Shown: in pieces, positions 1 to 12,715 of the stretch
Layout: each line of letters starts with the position of its first letter
How positions within the stretch are numbered: the stretch's first letter is position 1
NCBI RefSeq assembly: GCF_036365525.1
Contig: NC_090400.1
Span: 47,327,138-47,391,137, forward strand
DNA: 64,000 nucleotides
Direction of reading: 5' to 3'
Source: Heterodontus francisci
Lineage: Eukaryota
Translations under genes and position numbers: made by a program
Notes under the pieces: model-generated
What the model was told of the DNA's origin: nothing
Database searches by the model: none
Seen by the model: the letters and a program-made list of their open reading frames with translations, nothing else

Positions 1-344
1 AGATGAAAGCAATTATCATTCTGTTCTCCCAGATGGATAAACATGATTGTTGCTGCCCTCCTTTGGTGCCTTCTTCCATTCCCTTTAATTTAAGAGTCAT
101 TTGGTTTAGGTTGTGTAACAGCAAATAGCTATCTCTTTCAAATGTTTCCCTGCAGAGTAGCTCTTTATTACCATCGGCAATTATAAATCAAAAAGAAAAC
201 TCTCACGCAAATATTTCTTAAAATGTTGGTATGATAATTAAAAAGTAATGGTTGAGATTTGAACTCATCATAGTGTTTAGTGCATGTACTATTGTCTTGA
301 TTGAAGGTAAATTCAACTTCTAGAATGAGCTGTGGCATCCCTAT

Positions 345-560
345 GGCATTTGAAGCCCCGTATCCAGTCTGTCACCAAGATTGCCGCCTTCCACCTTCCC
401 CCCCCCCACCTCCGGTGATATCGTCTGATTACACACACATCTCATTTCCACCGTTGCAGCACTCCTAATCCATGCCTTCATACAACCTCGGGGATTGATT
501 TCTCAAATGCTTATTTCTTTGCCCTCCACACTTCACAGTCTTCAGCTAGTCTGGGGGATA
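345..560 (+). mobile_element. Degraded L2-like LINE fragment
   Basis: Resembles the L2 copy at about 14570-14770 (ACCAAGATTGCC...TTCCACCT; CATGCCTT...TCAAATGCT). Confidence 0.4.
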
Positions 561-2139
561 GGGAGGGCAAGACCCCACGTACAAAGTCCCACACACCCAT
601 CCGCCCTATCCCAACCAAGCTCCAGTGACTCTCTATGCCCTAGCAAATCGATTTAAGGAATCCGCATCCTCAAACGCTTAACATCTTTGCCCTTTCCCTT
701 CTGGAGAAACCTCTCGAACTCTACGACCCAGCCCATGCCCGTGATGGTGTGCATTAGAGGGTTATTGAACCATGGTGAGTGCGAGAGGCAGATTGGCGCT
801 GTTTTCACCAAATGGGCCGGTGTGCAGATACCGACAGCTTCCAGCCACTGGAGAGCAATCAGGAGTGAGAACACTGGCTGTTTTTTTTACCCCCTCCCCT
901 TTTTCCCCTTGCCCTAGTCCAGGAGAATTATGTTGGCATTCCAGCTTCTGCCCTGCAGTGGAGCTAAGCCAATTCTGTAACTGGCTAATCTCTAGATTTT
1001 CCCTCTGTACATGATGCGATACAATCAAAAGTTGAGGTAAAGTGAAACTCATTAGATAAGAGGTGGCGGTTACTATCATTCTCAAACAATTGGAATCCTT
1101 CTGCCATAATCAACAAACCTTGCACATATATAACACCCCTGACGTGGGAAAACATCCCAAGGTGCTTAATTATAATCATAATCTAATAGTGAACAATTTA
1201 GTCAAATCAGATGAAGGATACCTACAACATTTGTAAAAACATTTTAAATCAATAAATCAATCACGGTAAACATACAAATCTGATTTTACAATGCAATAAT
1301 CTCTTCGTTGAATAATGAGGAATATGGAAGCTTACAGTTAAAAGGACCGATGCTTATTTACAAAGTATGCCTGTAAGTTTGTGTCTGGAAAGTGGCCAGG
1401 TTATGTGGAAGAAGGAAATGTGGGAGGTCTCCCAGTGACACGATATGGACATGTGGAGGTTTCACAGTGTGTTTGTAACATCCTCTGTGTAAGCAGAGGT
1501 TTGTGTTGTGTTTGCTTAAATAATTAGAAGCTATTGATGATGGAATCAGCAGCCAAATGTTGCCAGTAATAGGGGGTGTGAGTGAGAGCAATATAGATTA
1601 CTGCCCAACATTCTACACACAGCGGGTTCAAGAGGAGGTGCACCGGTCCTTGACTGGGGATGAGATCACAGCATATAGTAGGTAAGTGTCTTTATAGATA
1701 ACACGTGGCCCATGTGATCTCCTGGACTGGTTTTGATCACATGAGGGGGTCAAAAAGGAATTTTCCAGAGTATCTTTTTCTTTCAATGGCCCTGGGTTTT
1801 TTTGCCTCTCCCAGGAGATTACATGGCTGGGGGGAGGTTTAGGGGTGGGTGGGGGGTTGGGAGGAAGGGTGTGTTTAGTCATGATGCTGCACCTGTCATG
1901 GTGTGGGGCAGGCTTGTTGAACTAGCCGGTCCTTTCCTGCCTGCCAATTTCTTCTGTTTGTAATCAATTTCCCAGTTGCACTCTGGAAAGATATGTGGTG
2001 AGGTGCTCCCTCCACGCAATGTGAATGATGGAAAATCAGGGGTATGATTTCAATTCACTCACCACTGACAGACACCTCCAATGAACTACCTCTTGAATGG
2101 GACTGTTACAAGCCCAAAGAAGGTCAACTCCCTCCCCCT

Positions 2140-3165
2140 CTCATATGTCAACTTGGTTCAGTGCTCGCATTCTCTAATCTGAATCAGAAGGTCATGAACG
2201 TGAGCTCCATTTCAGGATTTGGGCATGTGGTGTAGGTGGAAATTTAACTGCAGCACTGAGGGAGTGCTGCATTGACTAGGATGCCATCTTTTGGAGGAAA
2301 TACTAAACAGAGACCTGTCTGTCTCGATGGGTGTGAACAATCACACAGCTCCATTTGAAGAGGCAGGGCAGTTCTCTTTGTGTCCTGGCCAACACTAATC
2401 CCTCAAACAAAACACATTAACTAGTCATTTATCTCCATTGTTGTTTGTGAAACCTTGTGTGTAAATTGGTTTCTGTGTTTGCTTACATAACACTTGTGAT
2501 TGCACGTCAGAAGTAATCCATTGGAAGGAAGTTATGTTGAACTTGTACAAGACACTAGTTCGGCTTCAGCTGGAGTATTGCGTTCAGTTCTGGGCGTCGC
2601 ATTTTAGGAAAGACATGAGGGCATTGGAGAGAGTACAGAAAAGATTCACGAGAATGGTTCCAGGGATGAGGAGTTTCAGCTATGAAGACAGATTGGAGAA
2701 GTTAGAACTGTTTTCCTTGGAGAAGAGAAGGTTGAGAGGTGATTTGATAGAGGTATTCAAAATCATGAGGGGTCTGGATAGAGTAGATAGAGAGAAATTG
2801 TTCCCACTCATGAAAGAATCAAGAACGAGAGGGCACAGATTTAAAGTATTTGGCAAGAGAAGCAAAAGTGACATGAGGAAAAACTTCTTCGTGCAGCGAG
2901 TGCTTAAGGTCTGGAATGCACTGCCTGAGAATGTGGTGGAGGCAGGTTCAATTGAAGCATTGAAAAGGGAATTAGACAGTTATATGAAAAGGAAGAATGT
3001 GCAGGGTCATGGGGAGAAGGCAGGGGAATGAAACTGAGTGAATTGCTCTTTCGGAGAGCCAGTGCGGACACGATGGTCCGATTGGCCTCCTTCTACATGG
3101 TAACGATTCTGTGATTCTGGATGGATGTCTTGATGTGCAGTGCTTAATAAATACAAGTTTTTCTT
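2140..3165 (+). mobile_element. DeuSINE/SacSINE1-like tRNA SINE interrupted by a CR1 insertion (about 2524-3118)
   Basis: ACTGAGGGAGTGCTGCA, GCCATCTTTTGGA and TCCTGGCCAACA motifs are shared with many copies in the window. The SINE tail resumes at about 3119. Confidence 0.65.
2524..3118 (+). mobile_element. CR1-clade LINE 3' fragment
   Basis: ORF 2534-3031 (LYKTLVRLQLEYCVQFW...LERVQKRFTRM...RLRGDLIEVFKI...FFVQRV..WN.LP) with a short ATTCTGTG repeat tail. Confidence 0.92.
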
Positions 3166-3594
3166 AGGCAAGGAATGAAGTGTGGCGGAGATGGATATAA
3201 AGGAGGGAGGGGGAAAGTGTGCTTATGAAGAGGCCTTGAATACATTGATCTATTTAAGTACAGTTCTAGTTGATCCTGAAATTAAAATATCATGCATTAG
3301 TGATGGCTAACAATTCAAAATTGAATAGCCAGCAAAAGAAATTGTGTACTGACAAGGAGCTACAAGTTTGTGTTCTTAACCGAAGGGGTCTGATGTCCCC
3401 CAGTGTATAGGTGTCCTGTTACTAAATTAGGAAGAGTGCCGACAAAACCCAAGAAGATAGTTTGTTTCAAATTTAAGGACTGAGGTAAATACAATCAGAA
3501 AAGAAAAATCGCCAGCTTGCTTGGCAGTGCTGCCTTGTAAAGGGGGCACTGGCAGACTGCTACTCTCATTTTTTAAAACAATCATATCGTTAAT

Positions 3595-4992
3595 AGTTAT
3601 TGATGACTGTATCGGTGCCATTTCCTCCTCTCACCCTGAACTGGAAAATTTCATTGACTTAGTTTCCAATTTCCACCCTCTCTTACCTTCACATGGTCAA
3701 TCTCTGACTCATCCCTTCCCTTCCTCAACTTCTCTGTCTCCATTTCTGGAGATAGGCTGTCAATCAATATTCACTATAGTCCCACGGACTCCCACAGCTA
3801 CCTGGGCTACGCTTCCCCAGACCCCACTTCCTGCAAGGACTCGATTCCATTCTCCCAGTTTCTCCGTCTCTGTCGCATCTGTTTGGACGATGCAACCTTC
3901 CATACTAGCATTTTTGATAGGTCTTTTTCCGCAACCAAGGGTTCCCCACCACTGTGGTTGACAGGGCCCTCAACTGTATCTGATCCATTTCACGCACTTC
4001 TGCTCTCACCCTTCCCCTCCCTCCCAGAACCATAATAGGGTTCCCCTTGTCCTCACCTTCCATCCCGCCAGTCTCCAGATTCAACGGATCATCCTCCGCC
4101 ATTTCCGCCACCTCCAGCATGATGCCACCACCAAACACATCTTCCCCTCCCCTCCCCTTTCAGCATTCTGAAGGGACCGTTCTCTCCTTGACACCCTGAT
4201 CTACTCCTCAGTCATCCCCAACATCTTCCCCTTTCCCACAGCATTCTTTCCGTGCAAGCGCTTGTACTGTTTTCAATTTAGTATACTGTATTCGCTGCTC
4301 ACGATGTGGTCTCCTCTACATTGGGGTGAGTAAACGCAGACTAGGTAACCGCTTTGCGGAACACTTCCATTCAGTCCGCAAGCCGCAACCCCGAGCTTCC
4401 TGTCGCGTGTCATTTCAATTCTCCACCTTGCTCCCACTCTGAACTTTCTGTCCATGGCCTGCTCCAGTGTTCCAATGAAGCTCAATGCAAGCTCAAGGAA
4501 CAGCACCTCGCCTTTCAACTGGGCACTTTACAGCCATCCAGACTCACCATTGAGTGCAATAATTTTAGGTCATAACCTCTTCCCCCATTTTTAAACTTGT
4601 TTTTGTTATTCTGCCCTCTCCCTGCCGTTACCCCTTTACTTTGTGTTCGACTGGTGCTATCCTGCCATTTACACCTCATCCAGACATATCTTTTGTTTCT
4701 TTACTTGTCCCATTACCACTCACCTTGGCTTTACACCATGAAACTTTTGTTATTTAATCTCTCCTGCTGTCCACCCTATCACAGACCTTCCCCTTTTGTT
4801 CTTCTTCCCCCCCCCCCTTTCACTTGCTCAAAACCTATTACATTTCTGACTTTTGCCAGTTCTGATGAAAGATCACACAGACCTGAAACTCTGCTTCTCT
4901 CTCCACAGATGCTGCATGACCTGCTGAGTATTTCCAGCATTTTCTGTTTTTGTTTCAGAAATCCAGCAACTGCAGAATTTTGCTTTTGTCAC
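3595..4992 (+). mobile_element. Penelope-like element, 5'-truncated (RT end, GIY-YIG, terminal repeat with degenerate hammerhead at 4858-4890)
   Basis: IDDCIGA (RT DD motif) at about 3599. YCIRCSRCGLLYIG..KRRLGNRFAEH GIY-YIG signature at about 4284-4365. The 3' repeat is shared with other copies. Confidence 0.88.
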
Positions 4993-6444
4993 ATAATTAA
5001 TCGGTGGATTGATGACAAAATTAACAAAGCACACTAATAATGATTATAGAAAGATTGTCCTTTAAATCACCAAAAACTGTTGTAAAACCTGTGAAAGTTT
5101 AACCTAATCTTCAAGCAAATATATTTTTAAAAAAGTAAAGTGAAATCAAAGGTTTTGTGAGCACTGTTGCCTCTCCCCCCCCCACCCCCACCCCCACCCC
5201 AACCCCAACCCCAACCCCACACACCTAATTTATAAATATTCCAACCTGACCCCACAGTAGCCCTTAAAATGTTAAAAATTCTTTAGAATTTATTTAGATA
5301 GAGCACAGTAAATCTAGACATGTTAGATGCGATAGAAAGCTACAGTGAGTTGGAACACTGATATTTTAATCTGGATTCAATCCGATACTGCTTGGTGTGT
5401 TGAAGATCCTTTCTCAGGCGTTAAATGAGTTTGAGGCTTTCAACCTAGCTCTTTTAAAGTGGAGATCAAAACCACACAAACTAAGTTATAATTCAGCACT
5501 AAATTGGCAGTACCAGTCAAAGAGGCCACAAGAGTGCCTGGGTGCAAGAATTGGAAGTCTTATGCTGGTGGGGTGGGGGGTTGCTCTTCCACATTCGACA
5601 CATTTTGAGGGCAAAGTAGAAGACGCTTTTCTATGTATCTAACTTGACCTGAAAGTGCTTGGAATCATGAGGAAATATGCCTGAAGCTCAAATCCCTCAC
5701 TTTAACGGGCTCAAAATTCAACCCTAACCCCCACCCCCAATAAAATGAAGATTATGCTGTTTGAGTACACATCCTAAACACATCTCACCCCCTCCCCACA
5801 CATGCACACCCCGCCTAGTTAATAAATATTCCATCCTGACTCCACACTAGCCCTTTAAAAATAATGCTAAAAATTCGTGCATCTGTTCTCTAACAGCAAG
5901 CTTGTAAAACATGCAAGGGCGAAGGGGCGCCCTTCTAGCCACACAGTGGCTCAATTCATCGGATTACTCCGACTTTGTAAGTGGAGTAAGTTTGTTGTGG
6001 GTTGTCCCAAGTTCAAACTTTCTCTCCCCCACCCACCCCCACACATGATCCCTGGCTCAACCAATGTGGAGCTTTGCAGGCGGTTCCTTCAGCCTCTTAC
6101 TAATCAGCAGCCTCACAGAAACAATGAGATCCTTGAGTTGGGAGTACCCTTGACTTTGCTGTACCTCCGACTGCTTCTCAATCCACCTCAAGTATTTACA
6201 CCGCAGCGTTCAGCCACCAGGTCTGTGTGTGAGAGAGAGCGCTGACGGGGCAGCAGATTTGAGTAATTCATAGTTTAATGCAAGCTCTGAATCGGCAGGA
6301 CTGCGAGATTATTACTTTGTTAACAAAAAGTTTTAAATTTGCAAGCCACTGGCTTTTTATTTTTGCAATATTTATTTTGCACTTTTTAATATATATATAT
6401 ACATACACAAGAGGTGGTTCGGGCTGGATTTTCGGAAAGCGGCG

Positions 6445-6660
6445 ATGGTGGGCAGTCTGAACCTACAGGAGGTGACTGGTCCCCTGGTGGAGCCCAAGCG
6501 GCTGGGCGAGCGGGTACTGGATAGTCCCGACTCCGGGCTGCCCCCTAGCCCGAGTCCTACACCCAGTGTCTGGCTGCCGTCCCCGGGAGGCGCGGAGAAC
6601 CGGCTCCTGGAGCAGGAAGACACCGGCTTCCCACCTAGAGGAGGACACACTCCACAAACG
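6445..6660 (+). CDS. RFLNB: Refilin (RFLNB-like) coding exon 1
   Basis: ATG at 6445 gives MVGSLNLQEV...VLDSPDSGLPPSPSP, matching the refilin N-terminus (MVGRLSLQDV...VLDSPDSGLPPSPSP). 216 nt, phase-0 donor GTGGGT at 6661. B rather than A is inferred from adjacency to LIAT1, as at human 17p13.3. Confidence 0.92.
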
Positions 6661-9224
6661 GTGGGTACTAGCAGTGAGTTGGACATTGTAGTATTTAGAA
6701 AGTTTGTTGGGGGGGAGGGTGAATTCAGGAGGAGACTGCAGGTAAAATATTAATTTGTATTGATTTTAAATGATCTTCAAGTAGGTTATTTAATTTTTCC
6801 TAAAGGCAAATCTATATTTAATTTCTAATTGTTCTGGGCAAGTAATTTCATTAACATTTCTAATTTATTTAGGTGTGAAACACGTGAATTCATCGTAAAT
6901 TCTCTTTAGCATCTACAAAAAAAAATTAAGGGACTTTAACATTTTGTGAAATCTGTTATCTTTTTCCCAGATTAAGAAATGTTTCCTATTTTAATCCCCT
7001 TGCCCAGGCTTTTTAACTGTCTGTGGATAATTAAATGAAAAGTTTGTGTTTTGGGAGAAATGGGACAGTGAAGTCACGGTCGTGCCTAGAAAGCTCGTTG
7101 TTTTTAATTGCGGTTATCTCCGGTTCGTTAACTTTTTTTTTCATGGGGTTTGGTAGGTTTTAACTTGTAAATTTCCAAGTACATATTGTTGAAAGCTGTG
7201 AGGCTGTTCCGCATGAAATCTCTGGGGAAACCGGCTCTAGCCCTTTTGAAAGGTGGTCTGTGTCGTTTTAATATAAAACGTGAGTTTAGAAAGTTCTCAA
7301 TTTATAGTGATTTGGTGGACAGTGACTCGACTGGCAGGTGTTTTGTGCAGGGTGGGGTGGATGTGGTAAGTTTCTCCTCACCAGCAGCACACGTGTCACT
7401 TCTGCCACTGATATCAACGCATTGGATCTTGTCATTAAGCATCACATTAAATATAAATTAAAAACATAACGATGTTAAAATACACATTTTGAGTACCTAC
7501 ATGGTGATCATTAATGCTAATGACTAAACGGTATTGGACAATTGTGAACGCGTCTTGTTGCGACTCTGTCATGAATCATACCCCTATACAGTATTTGCTT
7601 TAACCTCAACATGCCCCTCCCTTTAATTGCTGTAAAACATTCCTCATTCTGCATTTATTCACCAACCTGTTTGTTAATATTGGTTGGCTCACAGGCTGTC
7701 TCTTCCTTCTAAGTCTGAGTACAGCTAGGGTTGATGGTTTGAGGGTCTCCCATTACGCTCTGACCAACATGAAATTACCTTGGGCGCTGTCAACCTTGAT
7801 CCCAATGAGTGAGGGTCTATGTTATGAATCGACCTATAATTCAGCATTCAATTGGCAATCTTCCCCAGAGGCCCATAAGGATGACTGATGTGGGATGTGC
7901 TGTCCTTGACCTGGGAGTCATGATGCTGGAGCTGAGTGGCCAAAATGTTTTCTTTCCACCACCACGCCCCCCTCTTCTCCCCCCACCCCCCAAACATTGA
8001 CATTACTTAATCATGTGTATATAAAAGCACACACCAGTTTTGGGGAACCTGAGTGGAACAGTCCATTTATCTCTTGAACTCTGCCCTGCTCAGACTGGTG
8101 ATTGAAAATTCTCTCTGCTGGTTTTGAGGACCCCCTGTGAAAATGTTTGACCAGACTCACCTACTTCCTGGTGGATCGTGGTCTGTAGCACAGGAGCCCA
8201 TAATCTGCTTTCTCACCAATGTGACTTCCTCCACTCTCCACACACAAGCCGCTTGGGGTGATCTTCTGAAGTTGCAGCAGAAGAGAATGCGTTGCTGTGC
8301 ATCTGACAATGTTGTACCTGACCTGGAAGTTTGCAGTGGAGTAAATGTTGAGACCCTTCATTAATGCTTTCCTTTTTCCTTCTGACATGTTTCACCCCAG
8401 AGCATTTCATAACCGGAATCTTAGTGAGACATTCAGACAATGTCCATCTCTCTATGTTTGAATGTAAAGCATTTTTGCCCACTCTTTTTTTTGTTTTGCA
8501 TTTCGCACCAAGGCTGATGAGACCACCCAAAAGGACCCTTGGATGATCTCATGAGAATGTTTTGCAGTTTCATGCAGAGGATTAAGAGGGTTCCTTGGGT
8601 ACAACACTTTTTCTCTCACTCAGTCTCTTGTGCCCCCCAAGAACTCTTCTGTTTCAGTCAAATGGAGGACACATGCTGTTGTCTACAAAGGTTCATTTTC
8701 GTATGTATGCTTCCTAACAAGTGGCAATAGGAAATTGCATCTGGATCTGGAAGCATGTTGTGAAATTGAATCAGTAAATGGACTTGTGATTTTTTAAAAA
8801 ATCTCTGCTGAGTTCAATGATTGGTAATTCCTCCTCTTTCCCTCCTGGAAGTGTTGACTATTGCTGTGTTATGGTCCACGATTATTAACAGCTTTCCAAG
8901 TACCTCATTCAAGTGGCCCTTTGTGCAAGGCTGGGCAGTGAGCATCAGTGGCTAATTGATCCATTAGGGCATCATGGCCAAGCCCAATACACACTCCAGG
9001 GATCACTGGATAGCGATAGTAAGCAGGACCCTGAGTGTTTTTTGTTTTTCCTTTTCTCTTCCCCTGTTTTGCCTCAGCTCAGGCATTGAGGCAAATTGTA
9101 GCAATCCAAATGCTGAGCATCTCACTTAGAACCAACTGGTAGTTAAAACTTTCACCTCTGGTCACTTTAACTTGGATTTTACAACAGTCTGTACCTTCAT
9201 CCATTAGGTATTTACACCAATTCT

Positions 9225-9470
9225 CTCCCCTTGCGCAACCTGGATTTTAATCGCTCCACCATTGGTGGCTGTGCCGTAAGCTGTCTAGGGCTTAAATTTT
9301 GGAATTCCTTCCCTCAACCTCTCTACCTCTTCCTTTTAAGGCACTCCTTTAAAATCTACCTCCCTGACCAAGCCTGTCCTAATATTTCCTTATGTACCTT
9401 GGTGTCAAATTTTGTTTGTTAATGCTCCTGTGAAGTGCCTTGGGACATTTTGCTATATTAAAGGCACGAT
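9225..9470 (+). mobile_element. L2 LINE 3' end fragment
   Basis: TTTAATCGCTCCACCATTGGTGGCTGTGCC...TGTGAAGTGCCTTGGGACATTTT matches the 3' end of the copy at about 15000-15240. Confidence 0.75.
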
Positions 9471-10485
9471 TTGCACTATTTCTGCAATACTTTTATTATG
9501 CTTCCTCCTCGTATACAAAATAACATATTGGACAACACTTTGCACTCTACTGATAAACCAGGAACTGTGCCCGGACCATAAGTCGTATGTTGGGGTTTTC
9601 ATTGGGCAAGTGGCAGCTCCGAGTCTTTCTTTGGAAAAAAACTGATGAACTGAGTGTGCTTCCTGAGAGAAATTCCCAGTGCACTTCTGAAGTTGGACAA
9701 GAAAAAAAGAAATCCAAGCGGTATCTTTCAAAATTCAATGTAGGTTGTCAAACAGAAGATACTGTGGGTGGTCTACAGTATTTTATTGAGTTATCTCCAG
9801 GGCAAAGCAAATGGAAGAATGTCCTATCTGTTCAATTGCAAACAAAAGCTGTGACTCTCATCTGCAGTGGCTTGTTTATTTGGAGCTGAATATTGACTGT
9901 GGTAATGACCAAAATTTAAAATGACTGCCAGTACATTGCTCTTAAAATATAGCTTTATGACTAAGAGGGAGATTTGATCTCCACCTTTAGCCACATCCTC
10001 CCAGAGCTCGACCAATGCCCTCTTTGTCTAGCTGTTGGGAAGTATGAGTTTGGACATTTAGCAGTGGTTGACCTATTTGATTGAAACTGGTTGCAAATCT
10101 TTTGATGATGAGGCACTGTTTGTTCGCTCACTGAGAGGGGACTGACTGACTGTCCAGCACCTGATGATGTCCTCGTGATTGTAATCCAAGTGTTGGGTGT
10201 CATTTGGACACCACAAGTCACCAGCAGGATGTTGGGTTGCAGCCCAGTCTATTTTTAATTTAATTCTTTTTCCTTAGGGCTTTTCAAATAAACCGGTGCT
10301 CTCTGGCACTCATGTCATCCCATGTTGGTCCACTCGTGAAAATAAAAAGGTTGCATATGAGGAGGCAGAAGATCAAAAAGACAGATTCAGTGGCCTGTGA
10401 ATCAATAACAAAAGGGGAGAAGTCCTTTTACTGTCCCTTTGTGAAGACCCATCTACTTAATGTTCCTTACAAGCAATAGTTTAAA

Positions 10486-10790
10486 TTAGTTTTAGTTTAG
10501 AGATACAGCACTGAAACAGGCCCTTCGGCCCACCGATTCTGTGCCGACCATCAACCACCCATTTATACTAATTCTACAGTAATCCCATATTTCTACCACA
10601 TCCCCACCTGTCCCTATATTTCCCTACCACCTACCTATACTAGGGGCAATTTATAATGGCCAATTTACCTGCAAGTCTTTTGGCTTCACAGGGAGAACTT
10701 GCAAACTCCACACAGGCAGTACCCAGAATTGAACCCGGGTCGCTGGAGCTGTGAGGCTGCGGTGCTAACCACTGCGCCACTGTGCCACCC
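10486..10790 (-). mobile_element. HE1-type V-SINE (internally deleted)
   Basis: Reverse complement of the tRNA-like head GGGTGGCACAGTGGCGCAGTGGTTAGCACC and the HER1-like tail GGCCGAAGGGCCTGTTTCAGTGCTGTATCTCTAAA. Confidence 0.88.
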
Positions 10791-11429
10791 ATAATTGTGG
10801 TGATATGATCGGTAATTTTATCAAGAACTCTGCGGTGTTGCTGTAGTACCAGTCAGGTCCTGTGTTTCAGTCCACTTTGTTCTGTTTCCATTTAAACTAC
10901 ACTGACCCATCTCCATTCAGCATTCCATATGCTCTTTTGAATTTTGCTGTACTGGATCCCCTGATTCACACAAATTCATGATTGTTAATTTCTGAGGAAC
11001 TGTCTCCCTTCTGCCTATTGAAACAGTGCTCCTGCGTATCTTTTTCAATCCTCCCCTACAGTCTTGAAAATGTTGGTGTTGAACTTAATACATGAGTGTT
11101 TTTAGAGGTTATGATGCAGAATCCTTTAGGCAGGTAACACTCCCTAAGTAATGGAATGCAAACACCTAGGTATCTAAGGAGGGAAGGAGGTTTGGCTTGT
11201 TCTTTACAAAAAAAAAACTCTTCAGCCTTGATCGAAAATGATATTGCTCTGGCAGTTTCATCTTATTCATGGCAATGGGGTTAACTGTATTCAACCAACT
11301 TCTTGGCCCTGTTTTGGTTTGAATGTTTAATCTTACCTGGGTAGTCCTGCTCAGATTGAGGTCAGAACAGTTGGGAATATCTGTAATGTTAATCATCCCT
11401 GTTGGTTTTTTTGTTAACAAAAGAATAAC

Positions 11430-11810
11430 TGGCATTTATATAGTAACCTGTCCCAACCTTGGAACTGAAGTGCTTTACAGCCAGTGAATTACATTTGAAA
11501 TGTAGTCACTGCTGTAATGTAGGAAATGCAACATCCATCTTGAGGTCCCACAAATAGCAATGTAACAAATGACCAGATAATTTTTTTGAGAGAGATTTGC
11601 AGTATAAATATTGGCCAGGACCCAGGTTCTTCTCTGCCGTGCTATCTTTTACATCCATTTGAGAAGGTTAACATCTCGCCCGAAAGATGGCACCTCTGAC
11701 AGTGTGGCACTCCCACCGGACTAAATTTTTGTGATCTCGTCTCTGGAGTGGAACTTCAACCCACAAGCTTCTGATGCAGAGGTGGTGTTGCCAACTAAGC
11801 CACAGCTAAC
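11430..11810 (-). mobile_element. DeuSINE/SacSINE1-like SINE
   Basis: Reverse complement of the SINE at 28205-28610 (AAAGATGGCACCTCTGACAGTGTGGCACTCCC; CCCACAAGCTTCTGA). Confidence 0.7.
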
Positions 11811-12399
11811 GTCTGATTAGATATTTGAACAATACATTTTTGTGATCAGCTTTCTGACCCAGTTCCATTTTTTTTTTAAGATGGGGGAGCGGCGTACTCT
11901 ATGTTGGGTCTAAATAGATATCACATCGGTAATTGACACACAGGAATAGGAAGTACTTATAAAAACGCAGAGGTTTAGATTTTATCAAATAAGTTAACCT
12001 TTAACTCTACAAAAAAAGAGGAACTTATATTAATTCTAAGAGGTAATCTTGCTTTTGTCAACTGACATTCTGCTGTCATTTTATTTATGTTGAAACATGT
12101 AGCCCATCTGCAAACAGCTTTGCTGGGGAGGGGCATTGGTATCGTTTCAATTCACACTAGCCTTTTGGGAACAATGAAGCAACTTTGAATACAGGGAATC
12201 TTTTGTGTCTAAATTTCTAATACTCTATTTATTGATCTCAAGAGCTCACTTGACCAATGAAGTAAAACCATTGTCGAGAGTAAGCAAATGACCAGTATTT
12301 TCTGATCCCTCCCTCCCTGCGTGCTGTGCCCAATTGCTTTTTTAAACAAAATGGCTAGGTCTGTGGAAAGTTACCTCTGTTTGTCTTTTCAGCTACTCT

Positions 12400-12715
12400 T
12401 ATGGGTCAGTTTGGTAGCACACTCGCCTGAGTCATAAGCTTGAAAGTTCAAACTCCACTCCAGACTTTAGCCCATGATTTAGGCGAATACTTTGTTGCAG
12501 TGCTGAGAGTGCTCTGTTGCTTTTTGGATCAGGCATTTAAACAGAGGCCTTGTCTGCCCTCTCGGGTGGATGTGAAAGATCCCATGGCACTGTGCAAAGA
12601 GCAAGGTGCTTCCCGGCCAACATTCCTCCCTTGACGAACAACATTTTTCCCTTTTGTGGAATCCTGCTGTGTAATTGTCTGCTGAGTTTGCCTACATAAT
12701 AATGAAATATTTTTG
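12400..12715 (+). mobile_element. DeuSINE/SacSINE1-like SINE
   Basis: TCAGTTTGGTAGCACACTCGCCTGAGTCA head and GTGGATGTGAAAGATCCCATGGCACT core. Confidence 0.7.

Noticed and set aside
6661-6753. C-terminal part of ORF 6445-6753
   Set aside because: Read-through into intron 1; refilin similarity resumes in phase at exon 30402.
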